Source: Camelus ferus (lineage: Eukaryota). Taken from it: DNA of 64,000 nucleotides. A program made the position numbers and the translations under genes. Of this stretch, positions 50,701 through 64,000 are shown one piece after another; position 1 is the first letter of the stretch, and each line of letters begins with the position of its first letter. The notes beneath the pieces are model-generated. The model ran no database searches, had not been told where the DNA came from, and saw only the letters and a program-made list of their open reading frames with translations. Location of the stretch: NCBI RefSeq assembly GCF_009834535.1, contig NC_045697.1:55926001-55990000 (forward strand), read 5' to 3'.

Positions 50701-53700
50701 ATTTCTTATATGTACCAATATCAAATAAACAAGAGAAAAATAAATAAACTGTTAAGAGGGGAAAATGTAGCTATCAAGGAAAGAAACAAAAGACTAGATC
50801 AGGACTACTTGGCTTCCTCCAGCCAAACAACACTGAGAGAAGCTAGTGAATGGAATGAATTCTAAGAATCCTTATCCGTGCCTTCCCACCTCAGAGTTGA
50901 TTAGGATGGAGATGGATGAGTTATGAATAGACTGCTGTGGCAGAAACATTAAGTATATATAGCACTGCATACTCATGGTACCAGGGAAAGTACCAGAGAA
51001 TGGCTTCTGATTATGTCATTTTTCAGGCATGCTTAGGAATTGGGAACATGAGCAGAAACTCATGAGACTGAAATAAGCCCTGACTGAATGAAATAAACTG
51101 TAATATATATACTTGTTTGTTTGTTGTTTGTTTGTATGTCTAAGGAATCTCTAGAAAGAAATAGCACAGAAAGGCAGGCAAGGGTATAGCATTGCCTAAC
51201 CTCAGAAATTAGGCAGTTCTATAGAACATGATGCGAATGTCTGTCTGGAATTTTCAGAAGCTACACACAAACCAAGCTCTTCCTTTCACCAACCTATGTG
51301 TTTTGGAATATACGGCATACATGAAAGAAAACTGACTAAAAAACAGCACTCTGCCTTAATACTTTCATGCTAAGAAGGATTCTTTGCTTCCTTTTAATGA
51401 TTCTTAGATACCTTTAAAAGTATGATCTTATTTTAAAATCTATCAGGCTATCTGTTTGTTCTGCATCTACCCATCCATAACCACAGTTCTATGTACAGAT
51501 GCATAAAGAAATATCTTTAATGATATTCACCAAATAGTAACAATAGATTTACCCCCTGAAGTATATTTGAGTTGTGTATCGTTTTCTTCTGTGACTTCTT
51601 TTATAATTTTAGAATTTAATTATTACTGTAGAAATAAAAATTAGAGAGCTGAATCTTCTAGGTGCTACTGAGAAATAGAGTTTCTAAAGATAATTTCAGA
51701 AAGGCTGCATTTTCAAACTTTTAGGACAGCAAAAGAAACTAGAATGTTTATTTCTTTTTATTCCATCTTTATTATAATTGACATCTAATGGAATATTTAT
51801 AGAAGTAAAAACAGTAACAGCAGAAAAGTAAGAGTTCAAAAAGAGGATAAACAAAGAAATATATTTTGCTAAACCACTTTCTACAATTTTAATCTTTGTA
51901 TTTTTTATCTGTTGTCTTGTCTCTCTTTTTTTTTTAAATCTGAGTTATCTCATCTGTTCTGAGTCAAGCTTCATTTCTGATACAAAGGCAGAAATGAAGG
52001 ATTTGTGTTGATATGGATATGTTGGTGGCACACCTGCTAGTTTGTAAGATTCTGTGTGTCCATATTTGTGTGAGTGAGTGAGTATTCATGTGTGTGTGCT
52101 TGTAAAGAGAAGGGAGGGATAAAGAAGACAAAACAAATCAGGACATTGTCATAGGATCTTTGAAAACAATGGAGATTTACATTTATAGATCACTGTCTTT
52201 CAATACAATTATAAGAAGGGACTACCTAGGACACATGAATCAACACTTGGTTTAACTAGATTTTTTTTTAATCTGTCATTCTGCACTCCCATCCATAGAC
52301 CATAGCAGCTGACAACAATATTAATGCTACTAGCTAGATTTTATAAGATCTTCTTATTTCCATCTTTTTACTATGATGAACTGTGTAGAAATTTACTTGT
52401 AGCATCACTTCCAAATTTCCTTTTGCCTTTAAAATGAGCCTCTAAATCAAACTGAAGTTTGGTATTACTAATCTTCCATATTAGCAGATATTTCAGTTTC
52501 AATTCATATAGTTTGATAAAAAGCCTACAGCCCGTCCTGAAAACAAATATCTGAAATCTTTAGTTCTTTCAGTAGTAACTTTCACGTAGAGAACACCCAG
52601 TTCAGCATGCTAGATCAGCCTGTATCATCAAAATCAAATCATTACATTCTAATCCCAGGGTAGATTCTAACAATGTGCTATTATCATGTGCTGTGAGAAA
52701 TTATTATTCACTTTTTTAAGTTTGAAAAACAGTTTTATTAAAATTTCTAAATTGTCAAAGGACAGTAAATGAAATAAAGTTGTAATAATACTGAATAGGC
52801 TTAAGTTTTTTCATACTATTCAATTCTATTAAAAAAGCAATTCAAAGTATTGTTGAAGACTTCAACCATGCAACATCTATTTAATTCTTTCTTATTGTGT
52901 GGACTGGTTTTATGTCTTCACACATTCCTTTAAGTGTGCATATCAAGATATTAACCTATGCTGCTTTGGTAAATCCAAAGTCTATGCTCTTTGAAGAAAA
53001 AACAATGATGTTTCCTGGGGTCTTAAATGCTGGTTGTAGTCAGTATTTTCCTTCAAATCTGTAGTGAGGAAAAACACAATTAATCGTTAGTTGTCACTAT
53101 TGATGAACTCAAGTATCAAGAAATTTCCCATGAGCAGTAAAATGTGCCAAAAAATTGTTTTTTTTAAAATTCTTTTGATGATTTATATTTCTTGAAACAA
53201 TGTACTGTTAAGTCATCAGGCTGCTGAAAAATTGTTACTGCTACAGAGTGTGATTATATCAACAAATAGAATTTTAGTTCTAAAAGAGAAATAAAGCTCA
53301 TCTCTAATCGCATGATAAGTATTAAAATTTAGCTCAACTGATTTTGTAAAAATTACAATTAGTGATAGATCTTAGAAGAGCTCTCGTTCTCTCATTTTTT
53401 CACACTGCTGCCTCTGACTTTAATTTTTTTCAAATCTTAAAATTTTAACAATAACATGAATTTAACTTCCAGACCTCCACTCTCTTTCAAAGCTCCAAAA
53501 TATATATGGATCACTGACCCCTCCCAAAAAAAGGCAGAATAAAGTTACAACTTTGAGCTGATTGCATTGTTTTGTTTTTCAGAAATAATTCTGATTTCAA
53601 AAAGACAGATTAAAGAGTAAAATAAACAGACCATGTAAAATGTACAGTATATTTCTTACAAATTAAAAAGCACATTATTTAAGGATTTGTTTTACAGCCC

Positions 53701-54060
53701 ATGTGAATAAATCATACATAGTGGATGTATATTTCCAAATGCTCTTACCAAATAAAAATTAAGAATAGAGAGCACATAAAATATGTTCTATTGGGGAAAA
53801 AGATTTCTTATCTACCTTGGAAAATTGCATTTGGCAATCTCATTTTTCACCCAGTGCCAATTGCTTTGTGTCAATACTCTAAAGTTTACACAATTGTGAG
53901 GTGATCTGTAGAAGTTTAATTATTTTGCATAGGTTTGTGTATCATTTGTATATACTGGTATTATTTTGCATTATTCACAAATTAAGAAACCTATTCTGAA
54001 AACCATAACTGATGTACAACTGATAGAATGTGTTGAATTTTGTTGTTGTTGTCTGTAAAG

Positions 54061-54103
54061 CCAGGTGCTTGGATATATTTTACCTTCACTTTTATCCTAC
54101 ACT
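54061..54103 (+). other. Candidate mini-exon (43 nt, or 39 nt from 54065)
   Basis: ttttgttgttgttgtctgtaaag|ccag| acceptors; ACT|gtaagt donor; all three frames open; TGCATG at 54115-54120. Confidence 0.3.
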
Positions 54104-56424
54104 GTAAGTAGTGATGCATGACAAATAAAAATTATATTAAGTTAATCTGGACTTGATACGAGTAATTGCAGCTTCAAAGATTTTCTGAATGGACTGTCAC
54201 GTTGTTCCAGAAAATTGAGATTACTTTTATTATTGTCATTTCAGAAAAATATATTTGACATTACAATAAATATGTATTTTATATTTAATGAGTGTCACAG
54301 AACTGGCCTTTTCAAATTAATGTATGGCGCCTTCTAGAAGAGACTTAACTCGGTGGTGCATAATAGAGTAGTACCTCTTTTCTCAGAATAAATACAATAT
54401 TTCTTTTTGGAGTGTTTAGTTAGTGGTGATTTTGGAATATTTTTATATTGAAACTACATTGATATGGCATATTTGGAAATATTTTTATGCTTTGTATGAT
54501 AAACCTTATAATTTAAAAAAAATGTTTTGCTCATTAAGGATGCTTAGGACATGCCTTCAGACAACTAGAAGCAAGCATTCTTTCTCTCCTATCATAAGAA
54601 CTACTTTGCTGAAAGTATTTGAGAAGCACTGTATTATAATAATCCCAGAATCCCAATAGTCTTAGGATTTATAATAAAATTTTTCTCCCAACATTGATCA
54701 TAGAAAAATCTCGCATGGTATAGGGATATTAAAAGTAGACACTGGCAGAATTTTAAAGAAAATAGTGCCATTTCTCCTACTTCCTACATTTTTGTGAAAT
54801 AGACATGTCATAAAATTAGGATAAAACTACATCTGTGATGTAAACTAGGAAAACCTATTAGACATACTCTACTAAAAACAGTATTGAAAGAAATGTTAAG
54901 GTGAGGCATTTTACTTCTCATCTTATGATCTAGAATATAGTAGAAGAGCAGAGATACCTAATAACTCAGACAGAAGAAGGAGGCTGAGTGAGTGTACAGT
55001 CACAGTTGTGTGAGGGTGTTGCATGGCTGGAAAATCCTGCCAGGAGGGAGCACAGACGTCATTGGGCCATGAAAACCAGTGGCCAAACCAGACAAGAGAA
55101 GAGATTCTTTTTGCACAAAAGTGAAACCTTTTTATTGTGACTGTCTGAAAAATCTACCATCCTCCATACTCTATTTTAGCCATTCTGGAATGGAAACTAT
55201 GGTTCATCTCAGTGCCAGGCACAATGTTGGAAAAAGTGCTGAGGATTTCAGCTCAGCGAAAGGGCGCTATGACTGATTAGTAATGCAGTCATTGAACAAT
55301 AGTGAGAAATGACACCAAGTGATCTATATACGTATTCTATGACTTTGACGTAAATTATTGTGCTTCTTACTGGATTATCTCAATTTAAAATATTTTTTTC
55401 TTTCTTCTTTCTTTCTTTTAGTCTTTACCTTATTGCCATACTTTGTAGGGGTAGTTTGTTTTTCCTCTTACGGCCTTTAAGGATTTTGTGATTTTTTTAA
55501 TAATGATTTTTTACACCACTAACTTGTATTAATCTGTGGATTTCTTAATTATTACTATTTTGCTTGGCACTCAGTAGGGAGAGATAATTTGAGAATTGGA
55601 TCATCTATTTTGGAAAAATTGTCAACAGTTTTCAATTTGAATCTTACTTTCTCTCCTTTTCCCTTATTCTTACTTTCTGGAAAACTTATTCAATTTTTTT
55701 TTTTTTTTTAGCTTTTAGTCTATCCTTCATGACTCTTAACTTCTCTTTCACATTCTTTTTTGTCTCTCTGTGCTGGACCAGCAGTTTCCTTCTGTTTTAT
55801 TGCCCACTGTTTCAATCCTCTACTCAAGAATAGATGTAAGCATATCTAAAAGAAAATCTTTATTACCATAACAACCTATTATTAATTCAGTCATTTTTAA
55901 CAATTAAAGATATTGTTAAAAATATATGCCTTGAGAGTAAGGTTCTGTCTCTTAATTCACCTCTGACTGCCTCACATATAGTACACTGAAGTGACTACAC
56001 ATTCATGAAGGAGCAGTTACATGCATACATGCATATATATGCATACACACTAAGTGTGAGTAACCTGAACATACAAACTACTTGAAGCAGATAAGTTATA
56101 TTCACATAACAATTCCAAAAGTCAGATTATCACATCTTTAACGTTGAGAAATTACAAGTCCCCTGCTTGTCTGTCGTGCTGGGTAGGCTGTGTAAAAGAG
56201 CAGCCAACGCTTAAGAAAATTAGCTCTTCTGACCACTTGTTCATAAACAATGCCTGCTTTAATGTTCTTTCTCTCTCTCTTTTATCCTCTCTACTTACCC
56301 TCTTTTGTGCCAAGTTATACAAAAGAATAAAATAGGCTTAAGACAAAGAATATATAATATAATGTGAATGTGTGTTTGGGGGAAATACAATTTGGCTATA
56401 TTTAGGAGATGAGATGATATGAAC

Positions 56425-56773
56425 CAGTAGTCCAGAGGTTTTATGTGATTGAGCCACCAGGTCTGTCTGACACAATATGTTGACTTTTTTGTTATTTCTA
56501 ATTTTTAATAAAATGAATAGCCAGCTTTTAAAAACTTAAAGAATTCAAATTTTAAAATCTGCATTTATACCTTTCCTTGAAAAGTCAGAATCCTCAAAAA
56601 AATTCAAACTTGGGCCCATTGTTCTTTAAAGCAAAAATGTAAGCATGTTAAATAAATATCAAATTTAGATGAGTAAAAAAAAAAATTTAGGTGAGTATCT
56701 TGATTTCCAGTTTATGCTTCATTCATTCCCATTATCTACCTGGCATCTGTGTCATTTACCTTTGCGACCCCTC
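56425..56773. mobile_element. MER102-like hAT-Charlie MITE
   Basis: ccttgaaaagtcagaa...tgggccca; terminus tttgcgacccct. Confidence 0.55.
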
Positions 56774-56894
56774 ACAGAAATTCCTTGGGGCCTGTCCTAG
56801 GCGCTATTCTTCTTCCTTTAAGATTTCTCCTTAAACTGTCACATCTACTCCCATGATTTTCCGTTTCTACCCAAATTGAAACCATATTCTCCCA

Positions 56895-57760
56895 CCTGAT
56901 GAATTAGCTAAGATGAGCTAAATTATCAAATAATAACCAAAGCTCAGTGGCTTGACACAGCAAATATTTCTTTCTTGCTCATGCAAAGTAGGCTCTGGAT
57001 TTAGATAACTGCCAGGAAACTCCATGCCACAAATTACTGATTCAGGATGCTTTAGTCTTGTGGCTGCACCATCTTAATAATCGGACTTTGTGGTGCTTAA
57101 CTTTATGTGTCAACTTGACAGCTTGACTGGGCTAAGGGATGCCCAGATGCCTGGTAAAACATTTCTGGTCCGTCTGTGAGGGTGCTTCTAGAAGGATTCT
57201 CATATGAATAGGTAGACTGAGTAAAGAAGATCTCCTTTACCAGTATGAGTAGACCTCACCCAATCCTTTGAGAGCCTAGATAGAACCAAAAGGCAGAGGA
57301 CAGACAGGTCTGCTCGCGCTACTTGAGTTAGGACATCTGTCTTCTCCTGCCTTTGAACGTCATAAGTACTAGTTCACAGGCCTTCAGGACTTGGGACTTA
57401 GGTCACTGGCTTTTTAGGTTTTCATACCTTCGGATTTGGATTAGAACTGCATCCCCAGTTTTCCTGGGCCTCCAGTTTGCAGAAGGAAGATAATGGGACT
57501 TCTCAGCTTCCACAATTGTGTGAGCAAATCCCTTATAATAAATCTCTTTCTATATATGCTCTATATATCTTATTGGTTCTGTTTCTCTGGAGAACTCTGA
57601 CTAATACAGTCTTCCCCAATCACTAGATTTCTGGAGGATTTCAAATGAGAACTCAAATATATCTGCCTAGAAGGGACATATGCACTTATACATTGTCCAG
57701 AAATAGTCAGCTGCAAGAGTTTAAGGATTACAAAACAGATATTGATGGATAAATAATGCC
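56895..57760 (-). mobile_element. Old MLT1(K/L)-like LTR split by an MLT2 insertion
   Basis: ctcagtggcttgacacagcaaatatttctttcttgctcatgc; continues after 57608. Confidence 0.55.
57089..57608 (+). mobile_element. MLT2B/C-like ERVL solo LTR
   Basis: tgtggtgcttaactttatgtgtcaacttgac...ttggttctgtttctctggagaactctgactaataca; TSD gactt/gtctt. Confidence 0.9.
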
Positions 57761-59193
57761 TACACACCTGGAAAACTGCATCATCTTCCTGGTCCCCTTC
57801 TAGCCTCCCTTCCCCCTTCTACAATCTATTCTCTTCACAGGAACCAGGATAATACTTGAAAAAAAAACTTTTATTTCATAATCCCCAGCTTAAAGCTTCT
57901 TCAATGGTTTCTCATTGCTCTTTGGATATATTCCCATGCTTTAAAATAGATTATAAACCTTGCATGATTGCTTTCATTTTACAACACTCTTCCCATTGAA
58001 TACTATTTCCCAGCTTACTCTGGCCTTCATTTAATTTCTGAAACATAGCAGGTTTATTTCTACCTGAGAACTGCTGTTCTTTTTATTGGCATAATTTTTA
58101 TCTAATAGCACCCTTAACTGAGAATGTTAGAAATTTGATTTTATTATTTTTTGTTTCTTAAAATGTTTCAATGAACATTATTTTGTATATAGTTATTTCT
58201 ACATTTCTGCAGTTTTCTTAAGTTCAAATTCCAAATTCTAAATAACTTTAAGATTCATGTCTGCATTTTAATCACTTTTAATAAAGACTTTAACATGTAC
58301 ATGCTCACCTGTAGTATACATTGCTATTGAGTTAATTCATTCATTTATCTTATTCAGAGTATGATATTTATTGCACACCCATTATGTACCTCTGTGAAAA
58401 ATGGGAGTTATCATTGAAAATAATAAAAATTTTGCTAATATAAGAAATTAAAAATGCTTATTGGGGTATATAATTGCTATTTTTATTCTTTGTGTATCAA
58501 AATATTTATTCAAATACATGACAGCTATTTGTTTTCATACTTTTTAAGTCTTTGCTACTTCTATTTTGAGACATATTTTTCATTGATTATTGAAGTAAAA
58601 TGAGGACTGGCAATTAACTGTCATATTTATCAAAATGGAGGCTATTCATGTGCTTAATTAACAGTGATTTTGGTAGAATACTATCAACAAAAATGTGATG
58701 GAAATTATCCAAAAAATCTGAAAGAGAATAATAATTATAGAAAAATCAAGAATTCAAGGTCTTTTTGCTCTAAAGAAGAACAAAGAAATAAATAAGATAG
58801 TATATGGAGGAGAGTGGAGTCAAATCTCCTCTCTCTCCCTCTTTCTCCCTCTATATATAGAGAGAAACACACACATGTATACATATTATGTTTTTAAGTG
58901 ATTTACTACATGAAGTGAACTTGAAATACATATTAAGTTTGCAAATTGTATGCATTTGGGCATATTTGAGTTGTAATTTGCCTTTGCCTTATTACTGTTC
59001 AGTAATTAGACAAATGAGACATATGGAAGTAGAGAAAGGGAATGAAGACAAATATTAAGTTTGAGCCACTGTTTTATGTTGGCTCCAAGGATTGTGGGTT
59101 CAAACAGTTTCTCTGAGATACATTTTTTAACTAACTGAGCTCTAATTCACACAACTAATTTATTAAATATCAAAACATAAATGCTACTTACTG

Positions 59194-59591
59194 TGTATCA
59201 ATCAGGGTCCAACCAGAGAAAGAAAAGCAGTAGGAAATACAGATTGAGATATTTATTGCAAGGAATTGGCTTATACAATTGTGACAATTGTCCAGGCAAC
59301 TCCAGTCTCCATAGGTAAGTACATGAGGAAAGGCAGGCAAACTCCTAGGCATGGACTGGCAGGAGAATTTCTCCTTCATCAGAGAAGCCTCAACTCTGCT
59401 TTTAAGGCCTTTTAACTAGCTGAATCAGGCTAGCCCAGATTATCTAGGATATTCTCCCTATTTATAGTGTACTTCTTATGGACATTAATCATATATACAA
59501 AATACCTTCACGACAATGCCATAGATTAATTTTTGATTCAACAACTAGGGACTGTAGTTCAGCCAAGTTGACACATCAGAAGACCAACACA
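59194..59591 (-). mobile_element. MLT2E/F-like ERVL solo LTR
   Basis: tgtatcaatcagggtccaaccagaga...atttattgcaaggaattggctta...cagccaagttgacacat. Confidence 0.85.
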
Positions 59592-59851
59592 GCAGGTCAA
59601 ATATTTTTAACTGTTTAAGACAGTATTTTCTCTGTAGGAAATTTCTCTGTAGGATAATTGGGGAAATAAATAAATATCAGGAGGTTATTTCCACTATTAA
59701 GACAGTGTCAAAGTTTGTTAAAAAATCATAGGGATGTTGTTGGAAAGAACAAGGCCACTCATAACAGTTCAGGAGAGACTCTGAAACAATACTGAAGTCT
59801 CACTGGCAAGGTTCTTTTCCTTTCTTGTCCTTATTGACAGTAGTGTTACAT

Positions 59852-59946
59852 TCGTCTTCCTTCTCCTTCTCTTTGCCTTCTCTTCCTGCTTCTCCTTCTC
59901 TTGCTCCTCTTTCTTCTCCTTTTCCTCCTTCTCCTTCTCTTTTTCA
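59852..59946. repeat. (CTT/CCT) pyrimidine low-complexity tract
   Basis: Read directly. Confidence 0.85.
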
Positions 59947-62456
59947 ATTTAGTAAGTAGAGCATGAACCTTCTGCTATGACATGTTCTTTTATGCCTATT
60001 ACAACAAATTAGAAAATAAATGCTTAAAAGAATATCATTACAAAGTGTACTTCTTGATGATGAAGTACTATGATACTTTAGGATTCTTAATGATCACTTG
60101 GGAAATCCCCTAATTCTATTAATATCCTCTTTATTAGAGTGAATTTTTTCTATAGATGGCTAAACCAATCAAACATTTTCTTTTCCAAAGTCTGGGCATA
60201 CATTCATACCTTAAAGCCATTTCTTAAAAATATAAATATTTTATTAAGTAACTAATTATCTTAGTAAAATTTTATGCAAGATTACTTTTACAACTGGAAA
60301 AAAAAATCTTTAAAGAGGATTTTTGCAAGGAACATCAAAATATTCATTATAAAATGTATCTTTCTACTTAGTCAACTAGCCCAACAGGAGCAATGATTGG
60401 TAATAATATTTAGTAATTAAAACTATTTAACACTTATAGTGATCCAGGTACTTTACTAAAGTCTATACATTCCTCATCTTATGGAATCTTAACATCTCAT
60501 GTTATCAATAAGTAATTTCAGATAAAATAGCAAAAATTTCAACACATGTATATAACCCAGCAACCAAAATCTTCATAGGACAATACTGAGTCCAGAGTCC
60601 AGTAAACTTTCAGAGACTAAAATATATGTTCTGTTATTTTTTTCCCACTTATGTAGAAAGCACCGAGGCATAGAGGAGATTAAAGAAAAAACAAAACTTC
60701 CCCAAATCTTGACATATTTAGAATTTGTTCAAATTAGAATATATTCTAAATCTAACAGCAGATGCAAAACTTCCACATTACCCAGGATTAATTCCCACTC
60801 AAGGCTAGATATATTTAATTGGCTCTTGTCCCAAAAATCATTGTTCCAATCCCAAGGTGACTATACTGCTAATTCATCCTAGGTTACTGATAACAAGATT
60901 TTTGTATTCTGGGTTCCCTTTTAGATACACTTCTGATACTTTTAATTCAGTGTGTTTCAGCATACTGATATTTTGTACTTGATCTCAATTAAGTCTAAAT
61001 ATTCCCTGGTAAATAAATGTGTATATGAATAAGATTAGTATTACCAGAAATAGATTAGAAAATGTGAGTTGTTTTAGATTTATAGCAATAAAAATATTCT
61101 TTTGAACAAGGGAATAGGAAGTGAGGATGAATATTGGTGTTGTTTCTTCCCACATCACAAATAATGCATTTATCCTTTCATCTTTAGTTTGAATATATAT
61201 TCATGCCCTTTATACATGGTGAAATGTTGTTCATTGGTATTAAGTGGTAGAAAAACAACTAGAATTAGTGAAAAAAAGTTAAGAAAAATCTAGTTTATTT
61301 ATTTCAAATATATCAATAATTCAAGCTTTTCCATAGCTAGGAAAAAAATATTTGAACCATAAAGTTGTAGGACATTAAAATAACATAGAATTCTATCGCT
61401 TATAATATCAAAAATGTTATATATACCTTGTGACACACAGAGAAATACTACTGAATAAAGATTTTAGCAAGAGATCAAAACATATCACTAGATTGATCCA
61501 GTGGAATCAAACAAATACTCCAGAGCTGAATTGGTTCCTAGTGTTTGAAGTGGGAGAAGATGTAATCAATAAAAAGGATTTTCAGGTAATACAGGAGCAA
61601 ATAAATTAGTAATAAGAAATTCCACATAAAATATCACAAATCCCAACGTAAGCATACAATTCAGCATTAAGGCATCTTGAAAAGGCAACTCAAATTTCAG
61701 AAACTAGGCATCCCATAAAAGGATAGTAAGGTCCCATTTAACAGTATGGATAAAGGTAAAATATATTATTAATACTTTTGGAGAATAACTCATAAATGGA
61801 AGGTGTCGTTGTTCAGGTTGAGGATGGCAGTTCTCCAAAAAAAAAATTTAAATATAAGAATTAGTAAGTATCAGAGCCCATAGAGATAGCTCCCCAATTC
61901 TTAATAATAGAAATGATATTTCCAACATCACAGGAGTGGCCAACAGCAAAACAACTTGTGGAGCCAAAAGTTTGTATGTTAAGTGGCAGGGGCGAGAAGT
62001 CTTGAGTCTATAGGAGAAGAAGACCCCAACTACATTGAGAGTGGTAAGTTGAAAGATAGGCTAGACAATGCTTAATACATCTTCTAGAGAAGTTTGGTAA
62101 AAATATTTATTTTATATGATGAGATAAGATTATAACTTCTCCACTTATATAGCCCATGCTTCATTATTCAAATTGTTAAGAGTCTTTGATCTTTGAGATA
62201 CCATTTGAAAAGAGGAAATAGATACAAAATTTCTAAAATGGGTAATGTTTTGTCAATGAAATAGAGATTCTCACTCAAGTCATATATATATATGGAGAGA
62301 GTTGAAATGAATATGACAGAGTCCTTACCCTCAAGGAATTCATAGTCTAGTGGAGAAAACAGTCTAACAACAGACAGTAATTCTTAGGCTCAAAGAACTC
62401 TTTTATAAATTTAAAATTTATAGGTAGAAAAACAGCTGTCTTTCAGTTTTACATAT

Positions 62457-62680
62457 CTGAGATCAATAAACCAATGCCTACAAGCCAAATCCAGCTCTCC
62501 ACTTGTTTTTGTAAATAAAGTTTCATGGGAACACAGTCATGCTCAATTATTTACACTTTGTCTATGACTGCTCTTGTGCTACAGTGGCAAAATTTAGTAG
62601 TTTTAACAGAGGCCAAATGACCTGAAAAAACTAAAATATTTACTACTTTGCTCTTTATAGAAAACATTTGCTAATCTATG
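62457..62680. mobile_element. MER58A-like hAT-Charlie MITE
   Basis: gccaaatccagc...tgtttttgtaaataaagttt...gaacacagtcatgctc...taaaatatttacta. Confidence 0.85.
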
Positions 62681-63752
62681 CTGTAGCTTTTAACTATATG
62701 TAATAATTATAATGGAAAATAAGAATATTTAACACATTTCACTTTTTTAAATAAAGGCCCTCATTGTCCATGGGAAACAGGCAAATTGATCTTAGGGAAT
62801 TTCTGAAGGGGTCAAAATGATTAAATTATATTTTGTTTTGATTTTAAATTGGCAAAAACCCTCAGCAGGTATTTGGAATATTCAGTCTACAAATACTAAA
62901 AAATGCTACTAGTTCCATATATTGTTCCTCCATTAAAAGTAGTTCTTATTAGGTACCAATTTTTTAATAATTTTGTTAATTAATTTGAGTGTATTTATGC
63001 AAAAAAAAACTCTTTATATCTTACTGTTAAGTAGAAAAATTAGAAGCAAAGTTAACAAAAAGTAATTACTAATAGTTTGAATTCACCATTTTCAACAAGG
63101 TCATGATCCTTAAAACAACACATATCCTTTATATGTTTGCACATTTATTCAAGGGAATAAGTCACAATTAAATGACTTTTCAAACTGGAAAAGAAAATAA
63201 GTAAAAGATATTTGAGACTGTCACTAATATCACCTCTAAGGAGTTCAAAAGGGATCAGAGTGATTCCTTCTACAATGAATGATTAAATGAATGAATCTTT
63301 ATTGTCTGTGACGTATGAGGTCATCCCCAGTGAGGCAGAGAATGCTTGATGAGAAGTTATTATGGGCAAGTACTTGGGAAGTGTTGAGTTTGTGCCGCGA
63401 TCAGCAACTCATAATTATCACGTTGAAAATAGTGGTTTTCTGAGGTGTTCTATGTATTTTACCTGTTATATTTATAGATTCACCCTTTTAGCTAATATTT
63501 ATTAACTGTTTAGCAAATAGCTAGACACTGTATAAGCACAGTGCAAAATCAAGAACAAAAGGGGAGAATCAGCTATGCAGTACACAATCAAGAACAAAAA
63601 AGAGAATTTAATAAAACAGTCTATCCTCTTAATCCAACTTTGTTTGCATTGATACAGTTCTACTTTTGTTGGAAGAGGTCTTTGAGAGGACTTGACCACT
63701 GGGTTGACTCATGAGCTGAATAGAGGCAACTGAAGTCTTCTTTTCTTCTCTC

Positions 63753-63826
63753 TTTTTTTTTTTTAAATGGAGGTACTGGGGATTGAACCCAGGACCTTAT
63801 GCATGCTAAGCACGCATTCTATCCAC
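63753..63826 (-). mobile_element. Second Vic-1-like SINE, 5' end missing
   Basis: T12 then aaatggaggtactggggattgaacccaggacc...gcatgctaagcacgc. Confidence 0.85.
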
Positions 63827-63829
63827 TCC

Positions 63830-64000
63830 ACTGTCTTTGGAACGTTCATTCTACCCACCATTCCCTTACTGGGAGCTGCTTCAGGGATGCAGCCTTGAGA
63901 GTATTGTGTTATGGAGAATATCTAGACTGTATATATGACTAAACCCCCATTAAGACCTCTTTATAAACTCAAGATTTTAGCTGGTGGGTACAGAGATGTA
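63830..64000 (+). mobile_element. ERV1-like LTR fragment running off the window
   Basis: gagctgcttcagggatgcagccttgagag...TATA-like ttataaa near 63961. Confidence 0.55.

Overview
AT-rich mammalian genomic DNA, probably from a camelid: two tRNA-derived Vic-1-like SINEs and the 3' UTR of the youngest L1 point that way. I see no prokaryotic features and no protein-coding gene I can name. Much of the window is layered transposon debris (L1 of several ages, HAL1, L2, MIR, MaLR/ERVL/ERV1 LTRs, Tigger/hAT MITEs, and very old RTE and CR1 reverse-transcriptase fossils). Most ORF-track entries are L1 fragments, their antisense shadows, microsatellites or short chance ORFs. The clearest functional landmark is a CpG island at about 18.2-18.8 kb with a tandem ETS/GABP motif pair, GC boxes and consensus splice donors on both strands, consistent with a bidirectional promoter. 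From it I can build a speculative minus-strand spliced model (18640-18631, 11510-11435, 10517-10460) encoding a 47-aa peptide with AATAAA just after the stop. A candidate plus-strand mini-exon with a downstream RBFOX motif lies at about 54.1 kb. Several nested insertions keep readable target-site duplications. Repeat family names come from my recall of consensus sequences, not from a RepeatMasker run.
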